Source of the DNA: a virus
Length of the DNA: 64,000 nt
Direction: 5' to 3' (one strand)
IMG/VR virus record: IMGVR_UViG_3300010391_000222
Span: 2,770-66,769 of that record
Below, piece after piece: positions 10,092 to 18,505 of the stretch (position 1 is its first letter; each line of letters opens with the position of its first letter). The position numbers and the translations under genes were made by a program. Under the pieces are notes generated by a model, which was not told the DNA's origin, did not search any database, and saw only the letters and a program-made list of their open reading frames with translations.

Positions 10092-11081
10092 ATGACTTCT
10101 AGTTATAGTACACGCAAGAGACTTGAAAAGCAAAATCCCAGTGAGAACAATAATACTTGGGGTGGGTTTTTGAATAGTAATACCATTGATCTTATAGATG
10201 AATGCTTCGGTCTTGTCTGCGTAACCATGACTACGGCAGGAGATTCTACGCTTAGTATTAACAATGGTTCTAGTGACGAAGGCAGACGTACTCAGATTGT
10301 TCTTACAGGTGTACCTACTTCTAATGTAAGGCTTTTTGTACCTGCTCAACAAAGCTTCTATGTTGTTCGTAATAAGATGACTGGAACCAAGCGTGTTCGT
10401 CTTACTAATACTGGAGGTTCTAATGGCGTAGACTTTAGTGGTACGGGAAGTGGAGCAGAGCAAGGAGTAGTAGCTTCCGATGGAACTAATGTCCGTGAAA
10501 TTATAAGAACAGTTTCCGTAGGTCAATTTAATTTATTTACTACTGGTATGATCTTTCCTTTCTTTAATTCAGTAGGAGCAATACCGAGTGGATGGGTAAA
10601 TTGCGATGGAACTAATGGTACTCCGAATCTTAACGATAGATTTATCCTTGGAACTACAAGCGCGAGTAATTATGATACTTCAGGAGGTGCACAGGTACTT
10701 ACTGCTGCTTCGTCAGGTGATCATAATCATGGTGGCACAGTAGTATCGACAGCATTGACTAGTGTACATATACCTGCACATGCACATTATGTCTTTACTA
10801 ATCATCAAGAAACTGCTACCACTAATGATTACTCTCCCGGAGGCAGTAATACTACAGCTAATTCTAGAACTGCATCTACTAGAGTTGTAGGTACTGGTAA
10901 TGATTATGGTATGGCTGGTCAAGTAACTACTGCTAATCCTTCAATAGGTCAAACATCATGGGCTTATAGTTCTGTAGCAGATGGACATACGCATACTATA
11001 AATACAGGAGGAGGGCATACACATACTATTGCAGACGGAAGACCTCCTTTCCATAGAATGCTCTACATTATGAAGACCTAA
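10092..11081 (+). CDS. Tail fibre protein with collar domain (copy 1)
   Basis: MTSSYS..LEKQ..EN.NTWG attachment N-terminus; collar motif GMIFPF..IPSGWVNCDGTNGTPNLNDRFILG; HxH repeats; RPPF end. Confidence 0.8.
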   Translation: MTSSYSTRKRLEKQNPSENNNTWGGFLNSNTIDLIDECFGLVCVTMTTAGDSTLSINNGSSDEGRRTQIVLTGVPTSNVRLFVPAQQSFYVVRNKMTGTKRVRLTNTGGSNGVDFSGTGSGAEQGVVASDGTNVREIIRTVSVGQFNLFTTGMIFPFFNSVGAIPSGWVNCDGTNGTPNLNDRFILGTTSASNYDTSGGAQVLTAASSGDHNHGGTVVSTALTSVHIPAHAHYVFTNHQETATTNDYSPGGSNTTANSRTASTRVVGTGNDYGMAGQVTTANPSIGQTSWAYSSVADGHTHTINTGGGHTHTIADGRPPFHRMLYIMKT

Positions 11082-11085
11082 TCAA

Positions 11086-12072
11086 ATGTCCAGTACTCAT
11101 ACAGGAAGAAAAAGACTAGAACGACAAACACCAGGAGAAAACAATAATACCTGGGGAGGATACCTTAATAGTAATACTATTGATCTTCTAGATGAATGTT
11201 TTGGTCTTACTTGTGTAGTAATGACTACTGCAGGTGATTCTACGTTTAATAGTTTACCTGGGCAATCGGATGAAGGACGCAGATCACAAATAGTACTTAC
11301 AGGAGTTCCTACCAGTAATGTACGTTTATATATTCCTGCACGAGAATCTTTTTATGTAATACGTAATAAAATGACCGGGAGTAATAAAGTAACTATTACT
11401 AATACTGGAGGAACTAATGGTATTGATTTTTCAGGAACCGGATCAGGAGCAGAACAAGGAATAATTATTTCCGACGGAACCAACGTAAGAGAGATATTTA
11501 GAACAGTATCTGCTGCTTCTCTTCCATTTTATACAAAAGGAATGATATTTCCATTTTTTAATTCAGTAGGAGCTATTCCTTCTACCTGGGGATTATGCGA
11601 TGGAACTAATGGAACTCCTAATTTACAAGATAGATTTATTCTAGGAACTGTTAGTGCTACTAATATTGATACTTCTGGAGGAGGACAGATACTTACAACA
11701 GCCTCTAATGGTGATCATGCACATGGAGGTACAGTAGTAAGTACTGCTCTTACGAGCGCCCATATACCTGCACATGCGCATTATGCTTTTGCTATGTATC
11801 AAACAAATGCAGTTGCAGATAGATATTCTCCGTTCGGAAGTAATACAGATGCTAATAGTTTTACTGCTGCTAATACTGAATCTGGAACTAGAGTTTATAG
11901 AATGGCAGGTCATGTAACTACTGCTAATCCTTCAATAGGACAAACATCATGGGCTTATTCAAGTATTGCTGATGCACATAGTCATGCAATTAATACTGGT
12001 GGGGGTCATCAACATACTATAACAGATGGAAGACCTCTTTTTCATCGTATGTATTATATTATGAAACTCTAA
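11086..12072 (+). CDS. Tail fibre protein with collar domain (copy 2)
   Basis: Full-length colinear paralog of 10092..11081. Confidence 0.8.
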   Translation: MSSTHTGRKRLERQTPGENNNTWGGYLNSNTIDLLDECFGLTCVVMTTAGDSTFNSLPGQSDEGRRSQIVLTGVPTSNVRLYIPARESFYVIRNKMTGSNKVTITNTGGTNGIDFSGTGSGAEQGIIISDGTNVREIFRTVSAASLPFYTKGMIFPFFNSVGAIPSTWGLCDGTNGTPNLQDRFILGTVSATNIDTSGGGQILTTASNGDHAHGGTVVSTALTSAHIPAHAHYAFAMYQTNAVADRYSPFGSNTDANSFTAANTESGTRVYRMAGHVTTANPSIGQTSWAYSSIADAHSHAINTGGGHQHTITDGRPLFHRMYYIMKL

Positions 12073-12085
12073 GGAAGAAAATATA

Positions 12086-13897
12086 GTGAGCGGCGATAGT
12101 AAACTTAAATCTCTTGAAATCTTAAACGGCATTGATCGTAATGTTACCTCTTATCAAGCTAAAGGTAAATGGATTGATGGCGATAAGATTAGATTCTTTA
12201 AAGGCAATCCCGAGAAATTGGGAGGCTGGTCTAAATTAGCCGCAGGTACAAGCTATAGAGGTATCGCTAGAAAGGCTATTACTTGGGCTGCACTAAATGG
12301 TGATAATTTTTATGGATTAGGAACTCATAAAGGATTGTTTGTCTATAGTGGTGGTGATTATTATGACATTACTCCGCTACGAGCTACTGCTACTGAAACT
12401 AGTTGCATTAATATCATCGCAAGTACTATTAATAAGTTTAAAGTAAGCGATGCAGCACATGGAGCAATAGCAGGAGATTATGTAGCTCTTACTTCAGTAA
12501 GCGATGCAGAAATTGATATACATGGAGTATACGAAGTAGTAAGTGCAAATACTAATAATTATGTAGTGTCTGTAAATGCTTCTACTTCTCTTCCTAATAC
12601 TATTGCACAAACTAAAAAGGGCAGTAGTGTAACAATTAGTTATCTTTTACAAACAGGAAAAGCAAATAATGAACCTACTACAGGTTATGGTTCTGGTACT
12701 TATGGTTCAGGCCCTTATGGTCAAGGAACTACTGGGTCTCTTATTAATAACTTGAGACAATGGTCGTTCGATACATGGGGCGAAGACCTTATGGCCTTAT
12801 TACGAGGAGGTAATGTCTATAGATGGGATAAATCAGATGGTCTAGGGACTAGGGCTTCTGTAGCAAGTAGTCTTATTCCTACAATGAGTAATATAGTCTT
12901 GGTTACAGAAGAAGCAAGACACATGATGCTCTTAGGAACTAGTGCTTTTGCAGGAGATTTCGATCCTCTTGCAGTAAGATGGTCTCAGTCTGAAGACTAT
13001 ACTGTCTGGTCTCCTGCAGTTACTAATGCAGCAGGAGGATTTAGATTGAATTCAGGTAGTCAAATTGTAGGAGCAGTAAAGTCTAAGAAAGAAATAGTAG
13101 CTTTTACCGATGAAGGAGCACATGGTATTATTTACAGAGGAGCGCCTTTCTTTTTTACTCAAGAACGTCTGGGTCTTGGTTGTGGTCTAGTAGGACCTAA
13201 TGCTGGGTTAGACTTAAATGGTACTGTATATTGGTCCGGTAAATCTTCTCTTTTCAAATATGATGGTACTGTGCAAACTATAAGAACTACTCTGGATAAA
13301 TCTATTTATGATCCAGATTCTGCTTATAGTTTTAATATGGACCAAAAAGAAAAAATAGTAATGGGACTTAATTCTGAGTTCAATGAATTATGGCTGTTTT
13401 ATCCTTCTGTAAGTAGTGGAGAAAACAATAGATATTTTGTCTATAATTATAATACTGAAGAAGTCTTCGATGGATCATTGGACAGAACTACATATGTAGA
13501 TGCATATTTATTCGATAGACCTTTGGCTACTTCTACAAGTAATGCATCTTTTGCTCATGAAATTACACACGATGCTAATGGAGCAGAACTTCCTGCTTTC
13601 TTAGAGTCAGGTTATTTTGATATTGAAGATGGTCAATATCTTACTTTTGTAGATAGAATTATTCCCGATGTAACCAATCTTACTGGTAATTATATGACTG
13701 CATACATCAAGCTTCGTAAGTTTCCTTCTGAAACTGCAAAAGTAAAAGGACCTTATATAATTGGACCAGGGACTAAGAAGATACCTCTTCGAGGGCGAGC
13801 AAGACAAATTGCATTAAGAATAGAAGTATCTAGCGTCGGTAGTGATTTTAGATTAGGTCGTTGGCGTGCAGGAATAAATCCAGATGGAGAACGATAA
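12086..13897 (+). CDS. Tail nozzle / tubular protein B (P22 gp10-like position)
   Basis: 603 aa; GKWIDGDKIRF..PEKLGGW, WSFDTWGEDL, VRWSQSED, NSEFNELWLFYP and a PDGER end, as in podovirus nozzle proteins. Confidence 0.7.
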   Translation: MSGDSKLKSLEILNGIDRNVTSYQAKGKWIDGDKIRFFKGNPEKLGGWSKLAAGTSYRGIARKAITWAALNGDNFYGLGTHKGLFVYSGGDYYDITPLRATATETSCINIIASTINKFKVSDAAHGAIAGDYVALTSVSDAEIDIHGVYEVVSANTNNYVVSVNASTSLPNTIAQTKKGSSVTISYLLQTGKANNEPTTGYGSGTYGSGPYGQGTTGSLINNLRQWSFDTWGEDLMALLRGGNVYRWDKSDGLGTRASVASSLIPTMSNIVLVTEEARHMMLLGTSAFAGDFDPLAVRWSQSEDYTVWSPAVTNAAGGFRLNSGSQIVGAVKSKKEIVAFTDEGAHGIIYRGAPFFFTQERLGLGCGLVGPNAGLDLNGTVYWSGKSSLFKYDGTVQTIRTTLDKSIYDPDSAYSFNMDQKEKIVMGLNSEFNELWLFYPSVSSGENNRYFVYNYNTEEVFDGSLDRTTYVDAYLFDRPLATSTSNASFAHEITHDANGAELPAFLESGYFDIEDGQYLTFVDRIIPDVTNLTGNYMTAYIKLRKFPSETAKVKGPYIIGPGTKKIPLRGRARQIALRIEVSSVGSDFRLGRWRAGINPDGER

Positions 13898-14066
13898 ATT
13901 TTGTAGATTTGATCATAATGAACTTGCTTGCGTCTTAGTAAGTTTATCTAGTGGTTGTGTATGTTATTCTGAAGATAAACAACAATGGCTTTGTTGGCAA
14001 CACTATTATAAAATAGGTGAATTAGGAAGTTTAAAGATACTCAAGGATTTTAGAAATGCAAATTAG
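13884..14066 (+). CDS. Small hypothetical protein
   Basis: 60 aa, overlaps both neighbours by a few codons. Confidence 0.4.
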   Translation: MENDKFCRFDHNELACVLVSLSSGCVCYSEDKQQWLCWQHYYKIGELGSLKILKDFRNAN

Positions 14067-14307
14067 ATTACCTAGTCCTACAGAAATTAAAGATCAAGAC
14101 CTTAGGAATTATGTAAGTAAATTAGTACAAGCATTAGAACGAGCATTAGCTAAATTACCTGAGACACCTTTTACTAAGGATCGTATTGTAGTAACTAATT
14201 TAACCAAACAGTATACGCTCGATGCTACAGCAGGAACTTTAGGTGATGTACGTTTTGTTCTAGGTACTTTATTAAGAGACCTTCAAGATTCAGGGAAAGT
14301 AGCATAA
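14056..14307 (+). CDS. Hypothetical virion protein
   Basis: 83 aa, RLPSP..Y..LVQALE pattern downstream of the nozzle gene. Confidence 0.55.
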   Translation: MQIRLPSPTEIKDQDLRNYVSKLVQALERALAKLPETPFTKDRIVVTNLTKQYTLDATAGTLGDVRFVLGTLLRDLQDSGKVA

Positions 14308-14318
14308 GGAACTAAATC

Positions 14319-14594
14319 ATGGTAATGTCAAGAGGATCAATAATGTCCTTGATCACTAAATTAAGTGGACGTACTAAAGGCAAAGGCATGGACGATCATG
14401 TACCTGCAATGATCGAAGGTCAGCAACCTGCAGCCTTAAGCAATAATGAGTATGTCATTCCTGCCGATGTAGTATCTATGGTAGGAGACGGGTCTAGCGA
14501 TGCAGGAGCTAGAATCTTAGATCAGTTCTGTAAACAAATAAGAAAACAAAAAGGAAAGTATCTTGTCAAAGGTCGTCAAGCTCCAAAGACATAA
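14319..14594 (+). CDS. Small conserved virion protein (DDHVPA..LSNNEYVIPADVV..GDGSSDAGA domain)
   Basis: 91 aa, AAGGA RBS; motif resembles the SDSIPAxLSxGEFV module of phage tape-measure/internal proteins. Confidence 0.65.
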   Translation: MVMSRGSIMSLITKLSGRTKGKGMDDHVPAMIEGQQPAALSNNEYVIPADVVSMVGDGSSDAGARILDQFCKQIRKQKGKYLVKGRQAPKT

Positions 14595-14596
14595 CT

Positions 14597-15079
14597 ATGT
14601 ATGAACACAAAGGTATTCTTTATCGTCAAGGACAATTTAAGGATATTCCTAGTCTTACTTCGTTTCTTACTAATATTACCAAAGAAAATAATCTAGGACT
14701 AATCTTAGAACATGATGTAGATTCAATCGCTGAAACCCTTAGACAATTAATTAAACAAAATCAAGGGGTTATGCTTTTAGCTGAAAAGAATGGATTACTC
14801 GTAGGGTGTATAATATATGGAATTGTTACATTATGGTGGTCAAAGAAACAATTCTTTAATAACTTAGCTTTTTATGTAGCTCCAAAGTATCGTAAGGGGT
14901 TGAATATACAAGGTAAATTGCTTGAACTTTCTAAAGCTTTTTCAGATGAATCTCAGATACCAATCTTGATCTCTTTGTTCGATGCTACCGATAAAAAACT
15001 TAGAACGATGAAATATTTGAATTATAAAGGATTTAAGAGCATAGGAGTCAAGGGACTTTATGTTCCGGGAGTAAAATAA
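14597..15079 (+). CDS. GNAT-family acetyltransferase
   Basis: FYVAPKYRKG acetyl-CoA motif A and C-terminal YKGF; directly upstream of the ejection genes. Confidence 0.7.
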   Translation: MYEHKGILYRQGQFKDIPSLTSFLTNITKENNLGLILEHDVDSIAETLRQLIKQNQGVMLLAEKNGLLVGCIIYGIVTLWWSKKQFFNNLAFYVAPKYRKGLNIQGKLLELSKAFSDESQIPILISLFDATDKKLRTMKYLNYKGFKSIGVKGLYVPGVK

Positions 15080-18000
15080 TGGGTGAAATGTTTTCCAGTA
15101 AACAAACGTCTAATACTACTTCTAAGACCCAAGTTCCGAAGAAGTTTCAGGGTGTCCTAGATACTCTATTGAAGCAAAGTACTGGTGCTGCAGGTCAACC
15201 TTTTGCTCCCTATACTGATCCTCGTATTGCTGGTCTAAGTGGAAATGAACAACAAGGTATCAATGCTGCTTCTTCTCAGTTTGGCATGTATCAACCTTTG
15301 CTTGACATGGCTACTCAGAATAATATGCAGATGCAACAGCAAGGTGGCATACCTACACAAACAGACCTAGGTAACTTTATTAATCCTTATACCGATTATG
15401 TTCTAGGAAATTCTCTTAATAGACTTAATGAAGCATCTGATCGCAATATGACCAATATTGGGTCTATGGCAGGTATGTCAGGAGCATTCGGCGGATCAAG
15501 ACATGGAGTTCTTGAAGGAGCTAATCTGGCAGAATTACTTAAGTCTACTGGAGAACTTAGTGCCAATACTTATAGTAATGCTTTTGATAAAGGTATGGGC
15601 AATTGGTTTACTTCTCAAGGACTTCGTAGAGGAAGCATCCAGGATGCCATGGGAATTGCAGGTACAGGCCAAGGATATAATATGGGAGATATCAATTCTC
15701 TTATGTCTACAGGTCTTACCGGGCGTACTCAAGAACAAGGACAACTTGATTTTAACTTTGCAGAATTCTTGAGAGGACAGGCCGATCCTTACAATAAGGC
15801 AGAATTCTTAAGTCAAATTGCAGGTAATTATCCTAGAGATTTATTTACTAGAACACAGAATACGACTACTACTAATACTCCTAGTCCAATTAGTACTATT
15901 GCAGGTATTGGTCTTACTGCAGCAGGACTTATGACTGGCAATCCTGCAGCAATGGCTGGTATGGGTGCAGGAGGTGCGTCTATTGGTACGATGAATAAAA
16001 TGCCCTTTGGTTCGGTATTAGGTCCTCCTAAGAATTTCAAAAAGGGAGGCAAGGTAAAACGCTTTGCTGACCGTGGCAGAGTAATAGAACGAGATGAACG
16101 AGGTAATCCTATTGACTGGAGTACGGGAGCTAAGTTCAGACCTAATCAGATACTACCGGATTATTATCGCGATCCTTATATTGAAGATATTCCTACACAA
16201 ACTCCTGCAGTAGGAAAAGGAAATGATATCTTAGATTGGCTAGGGGATTATGCATTATCTCAAGGAGAACAACGTGCGCTTGATACTGATATGGACCCTG
16301 GTATGCGAGATATTCTTAGTCAGACATTGAATAGGACTGGAGATGCTCTTGTTCGCGGTAAGAATGAACGTAAGGATATTCTATTACAATTACTTGGTGC
16401 AACTGTAGGAGAAGGTACTAGAAGAAAGAGTTCTCCTCAGACAAAATATCGTGACGTAACTAATAAGCTAGCAAAAGGTGGACACATTGTAAAGCATCTT
16501 GCAAAGGGTGGAGGTGTCTATAAAAAACCGGACGTAAATTTTACTAATACCGATGCGGGCTATACTTCTGCCGATGTCCCTGTAGACGATTTAATTGATC
16601 CAGAACGTGTTTTTGGGTTAGCTTTATTTAAACATGAATCCGGAGCAAGTGAATTTGATAATCCTGATTATACTGCTAATGCTTTTAGAGGTAAAGAAAA
16701 TAGTCATGCTTTTGGTAAAGGGCAATGGCAACCAGATACTTGGAATAAATTAGCAAGACGTTCAAATGGAAAATTACATTCTATTAGTCAAACCGATGTA
16801 GTAAACAATAGACTTCCTTCTAAAGAAGAACAAGATATTGCAGGTCAAATAGAAATGGATCAACTAAGAACTCAGTACGGTAATGATTATGTAGCTCGTT
16901 GGGGTTCTCATCAAGCAGGCGCTACTGGATGGGATAAGCTTTCTAGAGCCAAACCAGATACTTTGGTAAGTTCTGTAATTGGAGCAAGAGCAGCACATAA
17001 TCTAGGTATGGATGATAAGACTGTAGGTGATTATAGAAATAGGACACGCAAAGAATTAGCAAGAGCAGAGACTTTTGAACGTCAAAGAATTACTGAAGCA
17101 GGAGGTAATCTAAGTCCTAGACTTACAGGACTTCCAGGCGATGCTCAGGCTTCTCAAGGTATTAGAGGAAATAAACACGGTAATGTAGACTATAGAGGAT
17201 ATACAGAAGAAGAAATTAATAGGTCTTTGAAGAACCGTAAGGACTTTGATCCTGCTTATGAAGACTATCGTTCTGCTCTTATAGAAGCTCAAGGTCCTCA
17301 AGGTTCTAATGAAAATGTCTTATTACCACAAGAAGTACCTAGTGGGCCAAGAAATATAGTTCCTAGAAGTATTCAAAGTCCTTTAGATTTATTAGGAGGA
17401 CCTTCACAACCTGAGATTCCTTACGAAAGTCTATTTACTCGTGGGGGCAAGAGATTATTCGCAGGTGGAGGTTATGTAAAGAGCTATAAGGGAGGGCGTA
17501 GAGTTACTCCTGAGACCAATGTCCTTAACTTTGATCCCAATGATCCTAATAGAGAATTTACCTTTGCCCCATATCAATGGGAAGGTAAGAGTATTCTTGA
17601 TTTAATTAATCCTAATAGAGCAATACATAGAACTAATGATGTTTCTAGTATAACTGCCAATACTCCTACTAATGTCCAGAATGAGTCTAATATGTCTCAA
17701 GGACCTTTAGGTTTACTTGGTCAATCAAATGAAAATCCAGGAGATCAATACTTTAATCCTGCTTTAAATGAAACTATTACTTCAGCAGATTCTTTGACCG
17801 ATGGACTAGCGGCAGGAGACTATGGTCCTGTTCTCAACGATCCGTTGAATTCTGCTCAAGACGATCAAGATCAAGAACTTAGAGATTCCTTAAAAGACCT
17901 TATTAGACAAAGACTTAACGATGTAAAGAATCAGGATGAGAACAAACGTGATCCTTTATTTGGTCTTTTCAGTAATGCGAATAAACCTCTTATTCAAATG

Positions 18001-18447
18001 GGTCTTGGTATTCTTGCTAATTCAGGTTATCCTAATAGTTTTGGAGAAGCAGTAGGCAAGGCTGGTCTAGGAGTTCTACAGGGACAAGAACAAGAAGCTC
18101 TTGCAAAGAACGAACGCACTAATCAACGTCTCAAGGATTTGTTAAATTTGCGTTATATGAATGCAATGGCAAATAGTATGGACCCAAGCAATAAGATGGC
18201 TCTTGCTCAGTATAATGCTCAACAAAAAATGCAACTCGAACGTATGAAACTTCAAGGTAAACTAGATGATGCTCGTATGCGCGGGGATAGTGCAATGGAA
18301 CGTGTAATCATGCAACAACTCATGATACAGGGAGCAGGTGGAGCTTTTGCTACTCCTTACAGTCAAGCGCAACAACAATGGATGTCTTCACGTGGAGCAC
18401 CTTTACCAGAAGATACTACTACTGACGAAGATATCCCATTAGACTAG
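15079..18447 (+). CDS. DNA ejection/pilot protein with an internal lytic-transglycosylase-like domain
   Basis: 1122 aa; NPYTDYV and GAFGGSRHGV pilot-protein motifs; KHESG..AFGKGQWQPDTW lysozyme-like signature. Confidence 0.65.
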   Translation: MGEMFSSKQTSNTTSKTQVPKKFQGVLDTLLKQSTGAAGQPFAPYTDPRIAGLSGNEQQGINAASSQFGMYQPLLDMATQNNMQMQQQGGIPTQTDLGNFINPYTDYVLGNSLNRLNEASDRNMTNIGSMAGMSGAFGGSRHGVLEGANLAELLKSTGELSANTYSNAFDKGMGNWFTSQGLRRGSIQDAMGIAGTGQGYNMGDINSLMSTGLTGRTQEQGQLDFNFAEFLRGQADPYNKAEFLSQIAGNYPRDLFTRTQNTTTTNTPSPISTIAGIGLTAAGLMTGNPAAMAGMGAGGASIGTMNKMPFGSVLGPPKNFKKGGKVKRFADRGRVIERDERGNPIDWSTGAKFRPNQILPDYYRDPYIEDIPTQTPAVGKGNDILDWLGDYALSQGEQRALDTDMDPGMRDILSQTLNRTGDALVRGKNERKDILLQLLGATVGEGTRRKSSPQTKYRDVTNKLAKGGHIVKHLAKGGGVYKKPDVNFTNTDAGYTSADVPVDDLIDPERVFGLALFKHESGASEFDNPDYTANAFRGKENSHAFGKGQWQPDTWNKLARRSNGKLHSISQTDVVNNRLPSKEEQDIAGQIEMDQLRTQYGNDYVARWGSHQAGATGWDKLSRAKPDTLVSSVIGARAAHNLGMDDKTVGDYRNRTRKELARAETFERQRITEAGGNLSPRLTGLPGDAQASQGIRGNKHGNVDYRGYTEEEINRSLKNRKDFDPAYEDYRSALIEAQGPQGSNENVLLPQEVPSGPRNIVPRSIQSPLDLLGGPSQPEIPYESLFTRGGKRLFAGGGYVKSYKGGRRVTPETNVLNFDPNDPNREFTFAPYQWEGKSILDLINPNRAIHRTNDVSSITANTPTNVQNESNMSQGPLGLLGQSNENPGDQYFNPALNETITSADSLTDGLAAGDYGPVLNDPLNSAQDDQDQELRDSLKDLIRQRLNDVKNQDENKRDPLFGLFSNANKPLIQMGLGILANSGYPNSFGEAVGKAGLGVLQGQEQEALAKNERTNQRLKDLLNLRYMNAMANSMDPSNKMALAQYNAQQKMQLERMKLQGKLDDARMRGDSAMERVIMQQLMIQGAGGAFATPYSQAQQQWMSSRGAPLPEDTTTDEDIPLD

Positions 18448-18505
18448 CCTGTTCCAGGCGTCGCCTACGTAGTAGGCTTTACTAGGAGAACCAGGATTAA
18501 AACTT

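Noticed and set aside
10092-12072. Duplicated tail fibres as a DGR template/variable repeat pair
   Set aside because: Differences are spread over the whole gene and are not adenine-specific; no reverse transcriptase in the window
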